Assembly (NCBI RefSeq): GCF_001194135.2
Contig: NC_068987.1
Location: forward strand, 80,114,268 to 80,162,356
DNA from: Octopus bimaculoides
Taxonomy: Eukaryota
Reading direction: 5' to 3'
Length of the DNA stretch: 48,089 bases
Notes under the pieces: model-generated
What the model was told of the DNA's origin: nothing
The model's database searches: none
The model's input: only the letters and a program-made list of their open reading frames with translations
Shown here: positions 39,201-48,089 of the stretch, in pieces
Layout of the letters: each line of letters begins with the position of its first letter
Position numbering within the stretch: position 1 is the stretch's first letter
Made by a program: the position numbers and the translations under genes

Positions 39201-40689
39201 CTGGCCTTGTATCAAAATTCGAAATCAGAATTAAGGTTTCAACGGACCAATCATTGGGATTCACAGCAAATCCGAGAGCAAGAAAGGAGTGCTTGTTCAA
39301 CTCAAATAGAATGAATAAACCCCAGGTGATTTTATTTGAATGCCCCAAGTTATCAGTTTTCTCACTGATGCGTGCACCTATCGCTAAATATAAAATATCT
39401 ACGACTTTATTTCATAGCTAAAAGCGGCCTTTTTATGTCATATTGTCAATATCGCTATTCCCCGTAACTGTTCATGAGTTAATGATTGAAAAAGTTAATA
39501 GAATCACCTTCCTGTTGTTTGCATAGCTTCGTTTTTCAAGTAAAGTTCCATTCCAAATTGGGAAGACATCTTGGATCGCTGTAGAGAGAATAGAATAGAA
39601 GGGAATAAAATAGAATATAAAAGAACGTAAAAGAATAGACAGAACAGAAAAGAAAAATAGAACAGAATAAAATAGACGAGAATCAAACAGAACAGAATAG
39701 ACTAGAAAGAAAATGAATAGACTTGTTCCCTTTATTACAAGGGAGATAATCACAGCTTTTACAGAAAGATAATCATTCTTTCATAATTCAAAGCAGGATT
39801 AGGATTTGAAATTAAAGAATAATAAGGGGAAGATGCAAAGAATTCACATATTTAAGATGATAATAACATTATTATCATTTATGACGATAATATTATTTTA
39901 GGTTAAAATAAAATATCCGGGAAATTTGCGGTTAGTCTGCGAGAGCAAATATTATTCCATAAGAATGTTGTAGGAGGACATATATATATATATATATATA
40001 CACGGCAGACTTCTTTCAGTTTCCGTCTACCAAATCCACTCACAAGGCTTTGGTCAGCCCTAGGTTATAGTATGTATACATACATACATACATACATACA
40101 TACACATACATGCATTCATACACGCATGTATGTATGTATGTATGTATGTATGTATGTATGTATGTATGAGTGTGTGTGTGTGCGTCTGTCTGTCTATCTG
40201 CCTATTTGTCTCAGCGCATGTGCGTAAGTGTGTCTTATTGGTTGTTCCTCCACCACTTGATAACCGATACTGGTTTGTTAACGCGCGGTTGGGTAAAAAA
40301 AAGTCTCACAGAATAAGTACTGAACTTTTTTTTTAAATGTACTGCGGTCAGTTCGTTCGACCAAACCCTTTAGGGTGGAGCCCCAGCATGGCCACAGTCC
40401 AATGACTGACAGAGATAATAAAACATTCATTTTAACATAAAATATTATACCAAGTAATACTTACGAGACATGGAGTCTTTTTAATGCTGTTTTCAAGAAT
40501 ACTTCTGGCGGCAATGATGTCTTCCATAGTAATCTTTCGAGCAGATTTGTTTCGAAATGTCTCATAAAATTCACTCATGCTTCGTCGGAAGCATTTTGTT
40601 GGCATTGGTAGTTCGTGTAAGCTGGCACTTCTTAAAAGTTTTGGATCTGAAGAATCTGTTTTGCATTCGGAGACCTGTTTGGATGCCAT
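796..40689 (-). CDS. Multi-exon gene: L-threonine ammonia-lyase (threonine/serine dehydratase) / serine racemase-like PLP enzyme with C-terminal ACT domain; 3' end outside window, exon 5 unassembled
   Basis: Ten GT-AG exons joined by hand give MASKQ...[67 protein letters not shown]...GYQLAE-[gap][40 protein letters not shown]...[13 protein letters not shown]...[60 protein letters not shown]...[15 protein letters not shown]...SDKPGGL...[19 protein letters not shown]. It carries the fold-type II PLP motifs (GSFKxRG, SxGNH, PVGGGGL, EGAGA, CGGN) and an ACT-like D[RK]PG motif. Confidence 0.95.
2051..2235 (+). repeat. 15/16-bp minisatellite (GTTCAAGATCAATCT)~12
   Basis: Directly visible tandem units; the first four are identical and later ones diverge. 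Confidence 0.95.
2610..2860 (+). repeat. Unclassified dispersed repeat, related copy in opposite orientation at ~29400-29990
   Basis: Shared blocks, e.g. TGGGAGAAGAAGGCCTT(T/C)TCTCA, AATATAGAxCAxCTTTTTCC, AAAAGTTACxGAxGCATCA, ATAGGGAGCGAA. Confidence 0.6.
3130..3430 (-). mobile_element. SINE family A (tRNA-like head + microsatellite linker + tail), internally deleted
   Basis: Reverse complement of the family A tail (CAGCATGGCCGCAGTC.., AGAATAAGTCCTGGGG) and head (CCCACTGCGTGGxACCTTGGGCAAGTG). Confidence 0.8.
3585..3670. repeat. (CA)n microsatellite
   Basis: Pure CA run of ~43 units. Confidence 0.99.
4994..5224. mobile_element. Tc1/mariner-type MITE
   Basis: TA|CAGGGTTGGCCAAAAGTCACCTGACGGTAAAT at left; its imperfect inverse ATTTACTGTCGGATGACTTCTGGCCAACCT at right. 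Confidence 0.8.
6520..6740 (+). mobile_element. SINE family B
   Basis: GGCGGGGAGCTGGCA...TTCTGAGxTCAAAT...CTTTGCCxTTCAT.CTTTCGG.GTCGATAAAATAAGTAxCAG. Same family at ~560-760(-), 16560-16780(-), 23040-23170(-), 28820-29235(-, two in tandem), 39050-39230(+), 41263-41460(+), 43645-43820(+). Confidence 0.85.
6817..6984 (-). CDS. Exon 10 (168 nt, phase 2-2): (K)[55 protein letters not shown](T)
   Basis: Acceptor TTTCTCCCCAG| and donor CAC|GTAAGT. CGGN PLP motif followed by the start of the ACT domain. Confidence 0.95.
7178..7490 (-). mobile_element. SINE family C (tRNA-like head, TCGTAAxCGxC-type tail)
   Basis: Reverse complement contains A/B-box-like GGTCAGGGCATTCGGCTCGCG..GAGTTCAGTTCCCGG and the body shared with 44878-45062 and 47727-48089. 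Confidence 0.85.
9143..9480 (+). mobile_element. 3' fragment of a CR1/L2-like LINE (RT C-terminal region)
   Basis: [27 protein letters not shown]...TRRHAYK...[11 protein letters not shown] matches the CR1-type pattern YxERLxxLxLxxLxxRRLxxDL..YKI..TRGH.xKL..FFxxRV..W. Confidence 0.8.
9833..9958 (-). CDS. Exon 9 (126 nt, phase 2-2): (R)[41 protein letters not shown](K)
   Basis: Acceptor TATTTTCAG| and donor AAA|GTGAGT. ExxxxEGAGA motif. The track shows only the antisense ORF 9818-10054. Confidence 0.95.
10949..11455 (+). mobile_element. SINE family A, full bipartite copy ending in (AAAAGAAT)n
   Basis: Head GGCGCAGGGGCGGCTGTGTGGTAGG..GGTTCAGTCCC, (TATG)n/(TG)n linker, tail. Other copies at 10640-10850(-), 11866-12440(+), 21300-21500(-), 30230-30605(+), 32870-33060(-) with 33645-33792(-), 34120-34386(-), 40003-40420, 46030-46430(+), 46535-46760(-). 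Confidence 0.9.
11594..11695. repeat. Near-perfect inverted repeat, 46-bp arms, 10-nt loop
   Basis: 11594-11639 vs the reverse complement of 11650-11695: 43/46 identical. Confidence 0.95.
14248..14942. mobile_element. Foldback/MITE-like element with three related arms
   Basis: AGTCAGGG... arm (14248-14350), inverse arm (14420-14520), and a longer inverse copy (14781-14942). Each outer end abuts an A/T run. Confidence 0.75.
16560..16780 (-). mobile_element. SINE family B, well-preserved copy
   Basis: CCCCGAAAGGATGAAAGGCAAAGTCGACCTCGGCGGAATTTGAACTCAGAACG...GCCAGCTCGCCGC on the + strand. Confidence 0.9.
21553..21628 (-). CDS. Exon 8 (76 nt, phase 1-2): (G)[24 protein letters not shown](R)
   Basis: Acceptor TTTACTATTCAG| and donor GAG|GTAAGT. 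Phases match both neighbours. Absent from the ORF track. Confidence 0.94.
22225..22757 (-). mobile_element. Degenerate R4/Dong-like RLE-LINE fragment (CCHC knuckle + restriction-like endonuclease)
   Basis: QEIATKYL...[35 protein letters not shown], then (after frameshifts) [21 protein letters not shown]...IIEVSC...[10 protein letters not shown]...FIPIIIGAL. Confidence 0.85.
22818..22908 (-). CDS. Exon 7 (91 nt, phase 0-1): [30 protein letters not shown](G)
   Basis: Acceptor TTCTTCAG| and donor AAG|GTAAGT. GVE and xLA[DE]G motifs. Confidence 0.93.
23216..23510 (+). mobile_element. Helentron/DINE-1-like non-autonomous element (internally deleted)
   Basis: Starts AGAGCACTCAGAGAGCGCAAA. Has a short (GAAC)n and a 3' stem-loop TACCTCCACC..GGCGGAGGTA, flanked by TAA/T-rich sequence. 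Confidence 0.6.
23535..23817 (+). mobile_element. 5'-truncated copy of the same R4/Dong-like LINE as 1-318, with long (TAA)n tail
   Basis: CATTCAGACAAATACATAAC..AAAACACTTTCAATACAGT..AAGAGCACCACA..GAAAGCACGT..CTGAATAATAAT aligns to 63-300. Confidence 0.85.
23818..24078 (+). mobile_element. Probable 3' end of another LINE (ORF end ILSM*, 3'UTR, TAA then TAG tail)
   Basis: ATACTGTCTATGTGA stop context followed by ~190 nt and (TAA)n(TAG)n. Confidence 0.5.
24165..24816 (+). mobile_element. Degenerate R4/Dong-like RLE-LINE 3' region ending in (TAG)n/(CAG)n
   Basis: [38 protein letters not shown]...KYKHLEF...[14 protein letters not shown]...EIQKIV matches the RLE pattern (W..PV.E..WD....D.....NRPDI..KY..L..PVIVGALG). 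Confidence 0.8.
27027..27189 (-). CDS. Exon 6 (163 nt, phase 2-0): (G)[54 protein letters not shown]
   Basis: Acceptor CCATTATACAG|. The in-frame donor is ATT|GTTAAG (weak). Contains the glycine-rich PLP phosphate loop. Confidence 0.93.
27315..27592. repeat. (TATC)n/(TGTC)n and (CT)n microsatellite block
   Basis: Directly visible. Similar blocks at 13115-13215, 17205-17300, 19050-19190, 26186-26260, 33797-33930. Confidence 0.97.
29400..29990 (-). repeat. Longer copy of the same unclassified dispersed repeat
   Basis: The reverse complement aligns by eye to 2610-2860, with extra internal sequence. Confidence 0.55.
30834..31715. other. Assembly gap (882 N); one of ~20 N runs, most flanked by microsatellites
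   Basis: Literal N runs. Other large ones include 5711-5922, 13843-14137, 18148-18538, 20001-20195, 20414-21111, 34387-34670, 36208-36598, 44504-44877. Confidence 1.
33172..33637. mobile_element. Palindromic Tc1/mariner-derived element built from two transposase 3' ends
   Basis: ~110-bp TIRs (xAGGGTTATTCAAAAAGAATGAACC / GGTTCATTCTTTTGAAATAACACTG|TA). Minus 33290-33433 reads [47 protein letters not shown]. Plus 33441-33525 reads [27 protein letters not shown]. Confidence 0.85.
34671..35320. repeat. Purine-rich (GA)-derived minisatellites: ~23-bp (AG)nATGTTAGGG x4 and 14-bp GAGGAAGAGAGAGA x~16
   Basis: Directly visible tandem units. Confidence 0.95.
35468..35653 (-). CDS. Exon 4 (62 codons, phase 0-0): [23 protein letters not shown]...MEGYQLAE
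   Basis: Acceptor TTTCACGACAG| and donor GAG|GTGAGT. Contains SxGNH and the MPxxxPxMK motif. Confidence 0.95.
37569..37614 (-). CDS. Exon 3 (46 nt, phase 2-0): (S)[15 protein letters not shown], contains the PLP Schiff-base lysine
   Basis: Acceptor TTTTTAATTCCAG| and donor AAG|GTAAGA. SFKxRGA motif. Absent from the ORF track. Confidence 0.95.
39508..39578 (-). CDS. Exon 2 (71 nt, phase 0-2): [23 protein letters not shown](S)
   Basis: Pyrimidine-rich acceptor TCTCTACAG| and donor AAG|GTGATT. Matches the family pattern YLKxExxQxTGS. Confidence 0.93.
40465..40689 (-). CDS. Exon 1 (75 codons, phase 0 end): MASKQ...[24 protein letters not shown]
   Basis: ATG in AAAAATGG context with an in-frame TAA three codons upstream. 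Donor CTC|GTAAGT. The TP motif is typical of the family N-terminus. Confidence 0.88.
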
Positions 40690-41921
40690 TTTTCGTTAGA
40701 TTGTATAGGTCAGTTCTCACCTTAGTTCTGTGGATAATATATAAAATATATTTAGTTTAGAAGTTGTTAAATGTCCCTGTAATCAAAGATTCAAAGATCT
40801 ATTAATTAAATTAAACGAAACATTACCAATTTAAAATAGATAAGGCATTTGAGCCAGCGTGAGAGCATCTATGTAGTTGTTCAATCTCTTAAAATAGTCA
40901 CCAAAGCTTAAATTACAGCATTCTTATGTTTCGAAAATGGAAAGGAATATTCGATAATGCAATCCAAGATATGCAATGTAAATCAGGATTGTCTCGGAAG
41001 TAATCAACGATTATCATAAATAAGACATTAACTTGGCATATAATAACATTTTTTAAAATTTCTCATTTAAAATAGATGCTAACAATGTTGCTAGTCTGCA
41101 ATTTCTTGCTGAACACCGTTCACTAATTATTTGTTTGTAGCGATCAGGTGTATATGTTGTACATTAGATCACTCCCTCCATTAAATCGACGTTGCCCGTG
41201 TGTGTCTTAAATGTATGTTTGTATGTATGGATGGATGGATGGATTATATTATATCATATATGAGTAAGGCGGTGAGCCGGCAGAATCGTTAGCACATGCT
41301 TTCGTCTGCCGAGACGTTCTGAGTTGAAATTCTGCCGAGGTCGACTTTGCTTTTCATCCTTTCGGGGCCGATTAAGTAAGTACCAGCTAAGCACTGGGGT
41401 TGTTGTAATCGACTTAATCTTTTCCCCAAAATTTCAGTCCTTGTACCCGCAGTAGAAAGGATTATATTATATATGAGTGAATCGATCGAATGGAAATTAG
41501 TACAATCTATGTACCTTGTATTTGGAAATAGTACAATCTATGTATTTTGTATTTCTAATTGTTTTGATTAAGAAGCCAGGTTATTGCGCCTTTCCTCTCC
41601 CTCCAGTCCAAGTTACAGACAAAATACTGGGTCGATGTAATAGAATAAAATATTTTACAGATCCAGTGACTAAAACCAGTAAAATAATACCCACCACCCT
41701 GCAAAATTATTATCAAAAAGTCAAAGAAAATTATAACAATAATTCACATTCACATTGGTTAGAAATGTGCAAAAATACAATCATTTAATTTATCTGCGTT
41801 GTTTATGACAACTGATGATTGAATTATACCTCAAATTGTGGTTTCTTACATAAACATTAGGCCAGAAACCTTTTCTTTGTGTGTGTGTGTGTGGGGGTTA
41901 TAGTGATTAAGTACTCATCAA

Positions 41922-41962
<41 letters not shown>

Positions 41963-42147
41963 CATGCATTCCTCGGTATATGTGGTACACCGTGCACTTG
42001 TTCAGGCAATGCCGATTTGATGGAGGGAGTGAAATAATGTACAGCACATACATTTGATCACTAGAACCACCAATTCGTTGCATTAAAGGTGATAGGGAGA
42101 ATAACAAGGGTTTGTGCACGCTGCCTTTGAAAGCCTGTATATCGATA

Positions 42148-42223
42148 GCTCCCATGAAAGTTTGTGGCTCCCATGAAAGTTTCTGGCTCCCATGAAAGTT
42201 TCTAGCTCCCCTGACAGTTTCTG
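42148..42223 (+). repeat. 19-bp tandem repeat GCTCCCATGAAAGTTT(G/C)T(G/A) x4
   Basis: Directly visible. Confidence 0.92.
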
Positions 42224-44877
42224 AAAGATTGTTACAAATTTTGATACTCGAGAGGGGCCCTCTCCAGATTGTAAGTTTGGATGACATCGAGTATTAAGAG
42301 GTCGTGTCAGATATGACATCACTGGTTCTTCTCAAACGACGTTTTTCGCTAGCGGTGATAGCATTTGACTTGTAGGCCTATTATTGGTACAAACAGGCCA
42401 AGTTGATAATGGTCAGATTTAAATTAAATTTGTGAAGTCCGTAACCCAATCATATCTGAAAGTATTTTGTCCCCACTTTAAAGTTTCCAGCATTCAACCA
42501 CATTTAATGACCAAATAGATTTTTAAAATAGCATAAGAAAATTATACTTACGGTTTCTGTTTAGACAAATTGAAACTGTTCCCTCTCGTACAACAAAATT
42601 ACAGTAATGATACAGCTGGTATAATCTTAGAATGATTAAACTAAATTTTTTTAATTGTTTCTATTTGGCAGAAGGAAAAAAATATTTTGTTCTCTTTGTC
42701 GATTATTTCTTTTTGCTGTTTTTTTTTTTTTTTCGTTTTTCTTCTTCTTTAGGCCAGAGAAATTACATCAGCAAGAAATAATAAACACCTTGGGAACGTT
42801 TATCAGAAAGCCATATGGAGAAGGGAAAATTGCAAAAAGATATAATTTATAGATATTAGTGAAAATAATAATCGTATTAATATTTTATTATTTTGGTACA
42901 AGGTTAAAAAAATTATGAGAATGAATTTAATGTAGGACATAGGTCCTCTGTATTTTATCGATTCCGTAGAGATAAAAACAAAAAAGAAGACGTTGACTGC
43001 AGTAAAATTTGAACTCAGAGAAAAGAAACAAAAATCACGTGAAGTACTGAGCTGGCGTTTCACTGTTTTTACTACTCCACTGATATGAACACTAATACTG
43101 ATATCTAGAGCAGTCATGCAACCTACTGGTTATAGTGCTGGGCTCACGATCGTTCAGTTGTGGGTTCGATTTTCAAATCGGGCTACGTGTTGCGTCTTTG
43201 AGCAGGGCACTCAATTTTACTTTGTTCCAGTACATTTAGCTAAAACTGATTACCAATGACACACGGGGATTAACCCTGTCACTTGAACTCTTAGCCTCAA
43301 GCTCTGACTTTATGAGCCTGTAAGCTCAAGACAGAGTTTTACTGATTTCTAGAATCGACACGAGACCTCGTTTTTTAGAGGCGACGACCAATTCGATGTA
43401 ATCGATCTCGGAACTTGACTGATGCGTTATTTAATAGAATTCCGTTTGTAACGAATAAGTTTTATACTATTCATAGCACCACAAGACATGTTTCAATGCA
43501 ACTGTCCCATCTGGTAGACGGAAACTGTGTGGAAGCCCGTCGTATATGTGTCCGAATATGTATTTGACTATATGTCTGAGTGTGCATCTGTTTGTGTTCG
43601 TCCACCCCCACCGAATAATCAACATACACCAATAAAGTTTCTTAGGCGGTGAGCAGGTAGAACCGTTAACACGTCGGACAAAATGTTTGGCGGCATTTCG
43701 TCCGTCATTACGTTCTGAGTTCAAATTCCGCCAAGGTTGACTTTACCTTTCATCCTTTAGGGGGTCGATAAAATAAGTACCAGTTGAGCACTGGGGACCA
43801 ATGTAATCGACTTACGCTATTTCCCAGCACGTTTTAGCTTCTGCAAAAGCCGTCGCCTGCAAACACCTCTGCACCCCACTGGAATGGGATCACTCCTTGC
43901 ATGCCACCCATTGTTTCTGTATAATTCCACCAGATGTCTTTCTCTCCATTGTCTCTTCACCACGGTCCTCCAAAGATATAGAAAGTCCTAACGGACCATA
44001 AACCTCGCAGTTCAAAACCCTGCAGTGTCCGTGATGGAGACATTGAACTTTCGCTGGTTTAGTACTGACACACAGAAATACTCACAGCGCCAGCCATAAG
44101 GAAAATTCTGTAATTTATTTCTTATATAATCAGAAGTCGTGGAGGTGCAATGGCTTATTTTCCTCTATACATCAGCATGTGCAACATAGTCTCCAATACA
44201 ATGGGTAAATTTCCCCCGTCGTTGACCCCGACCACCAAACCTCATTGAAACAATTTAAGCGTGCCCTGCTGTACCCACATCTTCACAGCCGCTTCATATC
44301 GTCGGTATCATCAAAACGTTATCCCCGAAGCTATTTTCACTGGACCGGCAAGATGGAACTTGAAATGTCGGTGGCATTGTATGTTGGATGAGTGACCACT
44401 GACCAGCTCAATTCTCCAATTTCCTGATTCGTTACCAAAGATGTGTGAGGTCACTCATTTTTACGTTAAATGCAGACCATCTTCAAATTCTTGCTCTGTC
44501 TCTNNNNNNNNNNNNNNNNNNNNNNNNNNNNNNNNNNNNNNNNNNNNNNNNNNNNNNNNNNNNNNNNNNNNNNNNNNNNNNNNNNNNNNNNNNNNNNNNN
44601 NNNNNNNNNNNNNNNNNNNNNNNNNNNNNNNNNNNNNNNNNNNNNNNNNNNNNNNNNNNNNNNNNNNNNNNNNNNNNNNNNNNNNNNNNNNNNNNNNNNN
44701 NNNNNNNNNNNNNNNNNNNNNNNNNNNNNNNNNNNNNNNNNNNNNNNNNNNNNNNNNNNNNNNNNNNNNNNNNNNNNNNNNNNNNNNNNNNNNNNNNNNN
44801 NNNNNNNNNNNNNNNNNNNNNNNNNNNNNNNNNNNNNNNNNNNNNNNNNNNNNNNNNNNNNNNNNNNNNNNNNNNNN

Positions 44878-45062
44878 GTTGTGCCTGTAATTCAAAGGGT
44901 CAACCTTGTCACACTGTATCACGCTGAATATCCCCGAGAACTACGTTAAGGGTACACGTGTCTGTGGAGTGCTCAGCCACTTGCACGTTAATTTCACGTG
45001 CAGGCTGTTCCGTTGATCGGATCAACTGGAACCCTCGACGTCGTAAGTGACGGAGTGCCAAC
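44878..45062 (+). mobile_element. SINE family C 3' part (5' end in N gap)
   Basis: GTTGTGCCTGTAATTCAAAGGGTCAACCTTG...GACGGAGTGCCAACAA. Confidence 0.88.
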
Positions 45063-45254
45063 AACAACAACAATCAGGAGTTATCGGAAGAGAATATAGT
45101 GAACTGAATCAACTCCAGAATACGTCTGGAATCTACTTATACATTGTGGTGGGATTTAAACTGAAAATGCAAAAAGAGCGAAGAGAATATTGAAAGTAAT
45201 TTAGTTCTGTTATTAAAATGTTCTGTCGCTTTATGTCCCCAGTAGAAGTAAATT

Positions 45255-45415
45255 AACAAGTTACTAATATTATTTGGCTCGCAATAACAAGTTACTAATA
45301 TTATTATAACAAGATTGTGATATTCATAATAGCAATTTAGTAATATTCTTAATAGCAATTTAGTAATGTTCTTAATAGCAAGTTAGTAATGTTCTTAATA
45401 ACAAGTTATTAATAT
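45255..45415 (+). repeat. Degenerate ~23-bp AT-rich tandem repeat (AATAGCAATTTAGTAATATTCTT)
   Basis: About 4 clear units plus decayed ones. Confidence 0.85.
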
Positions 45416-47179
45416 TCTCTGTCAGCGGAGAATTTAATATCTAATTTTAAACATGTTTCGTTTATTGCATTTTAAAGCTGAAACTCTATCCTCTCACTGT
45501 GTAATCTCAAAATATTATTCAATCTAATCTCTTAAGAAAGAATGAATGAATTACATTAACATGGCTCTATGTTCGCAGTGCAAAACAAAGTTTAAACCTT
45601 TCTAGGCAACGTACGCTAATCAGTTATAAAAGAAAGCACGCGTCTGATAAGACACAATGAAAAACCTTACAGGTGTAATTTTCACAGAGACAGTAGAGAA
45701 CACGTTTTTATCTTCGTTTAATTCACATTTTCTTTATTAGGGCATTTCACATTTAGCAAGTCTGAATAAAAGACTAAAGCTTTCAAAGAAAATCCAAACA
45801 TTTAACATGTATGATTTGACAATTTGGAAAGTAACATTTTCCCATTGGGAAGTAGGTTTTGGTGACATTAGAAACGTTGGGATTGTATTTTGTCCACAGT
45901 TATTTGGTTCATTTAGACAGATGTTTCCTTTTTATTCCTCTTCGAATTTCTTCATATATTTTTCCATCTTGTTCATTAAACTACCATCATTGTAAGATCG
46001 AACCACGTCCAAATAATATCTTTACTATTCACATGGCTGTGTGGTTAAGAAGCTCACTTTGCAAACCACTTGGTTTCGGGTTCAGCTCCATTGAAAGGCA
46101 CCTTGGGCAAGTGTCTTCTACTGCAGCCCCAGACCAACTTGAGTGAATTTGGTAGACGGAAACTGTGCGGAAGCCCGTCGTATATGTGTCCGAATGTGTA
46201 TTTGAATATATGTCTGAGTATGCATCTGTTTGTGTTCGTCCACCCCACCGATTGATAACCAGTGCTGGTTTGTTTACGTCCCCGTAATCTAGAAGTTGGT
46301 CAAAAGAGACAGATGGAATCAGTATCGGAGTTACAAAGAAAAAAATAAGTACTAAGGTGGATTTATTCGACTAAAACTTTTCAAAGCGATGTTGTAGTAT
46401 GGTCGCAGCCCAATGACTGAAAGACATAACAGAAGATAAAAGAAGAAAAACGCATTTGATAATGTTGTCTGGAAATATGAGTTGAAAAGTTTCCATCAAC
46501 TAAGAATGGCCAAACGAGACCTATTAACATATATTCTTTTTTATTCTTTTATTTGTTTCAGTCATTTGACTGCGGCTATGCTGGAGCACCACCTTTAGTC
46601 AAACGAATTGACCCCAGGACTTATACTTTTTAAATTTAGTACTTATTCTATCGGTCTCTTTTTGCCGAACCGCTAAGTTACGGGGACAGAGACACGCCAA
46701 CATAGGTTGTCAAGCGATGGTGGTGGTAGGGAAAATCACACACACACACACACACACACANNNNNNNNNNNNNNNNNNNNNNNNNNNNNNNNNNNNNNNN
46801 NNNNNNNNNNNNNNNNNNNNNNNNNNNNNNNNNNNNNNNNNNNNNNNNNNNNNNNNNNNNNNNNNNNNNNNNNNNNNNNNNNNNNNNNNNNNNNNNNNNN
46901 NNNNNNNNNNNNNNNNNNNNNNNNNNNNNNNNNNNNNNNNNNNNNCCAAACAGCCATTCCAGTACCCATGTTTAAAATCTAAAAATAAGAAAAAACCCAG
47001 AAAATAACTTTTATAAGGTCTGCAGATCGAAATATTTAGATACTTCTAGATTGTTGGAATGGATTTTGTATTTAAAGCCGATTGCTTTTCTAGATTAATT
47101 CGTATTCGTCTTCTTCATCACAGGACGGTTGCAGGCTGTCTGACATCCACTGAAGTCTGCAGGTAGTTAACGGAAATGG

Positions 47180-47710
47180 GAGTATTTATAAGAACAATGT
47201 GCACAGATGGGTGAAGTATTTTAAAGAAAGAACAACCATCATTGAAAACACACAGTGTGGGACCATCAGCTTCGACCGCTGACATAAATCTGAAGTGAGT
47301 GGATGAATTGATTTGCGCGAGCAGCCGAGTAAGAATCCGTGAGCTTGCTGCATAATTGTATCGTGGTTACAATGCTTTACAGAAGGGAGTGACAGACAGA
47401 GAGTACCGGATGGAGTGCAAAGTGTGGGTACCTCGGTAGCTGACACCCGATTTAAAGGAGACAGAGGTGGTAGTTCTTCTGATCTGCGAGAAATATCTGA
47501 ACCCAGTGAAGATGTGTGTTTTTCTGATCTGATTACAGGAGATGAATCGGGCGTATCTGACCTGGAACCGAAAGCGCAGTGCATAGAATGACGTCACACC
47601 TCTTCTCCAAAGCTTAGTTCAAGAGCCGGTGATCCGCATAGAAAGTCATGGTGAATCTTTCGGAGATGATAAAGGCGTCTTCGTTCTTGATATTCTGGAA
47701 TATAACAATA
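47180..47710 (+). pseudogene. Fossil mariner transposase (N-terminal two-thirds), truncated next to a SINE insertion
   Basis: With frameshifts: VHRWVKYFKERTTIIE (HTH), VDELICASSRVRIRELAA, WVPR*LTPDLKE (WVPR at 47425-47436), ITGDES (first catalytic D), E*RHTSSPK, KVMV..DDKGVFVLDILE. Confidence 0.88.
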
Positions 47711-47726
47711 CAGCGAGTAATATAGT

Positions 47727-48089
47727 TGGCACTCCGTCGCTTACGACGTCGAGGGTTCTAGTTGATCCGATCAACGGAACAGCCTGCTCGTGAAATTAAC
47801 ATGCAAGTGGCTGAGCACTTCACGCACACGTGTACCGTTAACGTAGTTCTCGAGGATATTCAGCGTGACACAGTGTGACAAGGCTGACCCTTTGAATTAC
47901 AGGCACAACAGAAACAGGAAGTAAGAGTGAGAGAAAGTTGTGGTGGAAGAGTACAGCAGGGTTCGCCACCATCCCTTGCCGGAGCCTCGTGGAGCTTTAA
48001 GTGTTTTCGCTCAATAAACACACACAACGCCCGGTCTGGGAATCGAAACCGCGATCCTATGACCGCGAGTCCGCTGCCCTAACCACTGG
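47727..48089 (-). mobile_element. SINE family C, young-looking copy running off the window
   Basis: Near-identical inverse of 44878-45062, plus tRNA-like head CCAGTGGTTAGGGCAGCGGACTCGCGGTCATAGGATCGCGGTTTCGATTCCCAG. The same head occurs alone at 12441-12520(-). Confidence 0.9.

Noticed and set aside
48000-48089. tRNA genes (tRNA-like sequences here and at 12441-12520, 10949-11010, 7400-7490)
   Set aside because: They are SINE heads continuous with SINE bodies or truncated copies of them; I could not fold a complete cloverleaf with an acceptor stem.

Overview
Eukaryotic, AT-rich, gap-ridden (N-run) draft sequence full of microsatellites and tRNA-derived SINEs. The repeat content suggests an octopus/cephalopod genome (inference). 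There are no prokaryotic features. About 40 kb is one minus-strand gene, reconstructed by hand from splice sites and phases. It encodes a fold-type II PLP enzyme of the L-threonine ammonia-lyase (threonine/serine dehydratase)/serine racemase family with a C-terminal ACT domain. Ten coding exons are visible (40465-40689, 39508-39578, 37569-37614, 35468-35653, 27027-27189, 22818-22908, 21553-21628, 9833-9958, 6817-6984, 796-853; 1210 nt). All phases are compatible except for one short 3n+2 exon that is missing between 35468 and 27189 and probably lies in an N gap. The last exon lies beyond the left edge of the window. Introns and the upstream region hold three SINE families, R4/Dong-like RLE-LINE 3' ends stacked in (TAA)n/(TAG)n, a CR1-like fragment, mariner fossils/MITEs, a Helentron-like element and several hairpins. 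Almost every ORF in the supplied track is a microsatellite or N-run artefact. I found no convincing novel multi-gene system. The best leads are: the enzyme's active-site substitutions (racemase vs dehydratase); an in-frame exon-7/LINE zinc-knuckle read-through; a weak in-frame splice donor next to a stronger out-of-frame one; a 46-bp intronic hairpin; and a palindromic double-3'-end mariner element.
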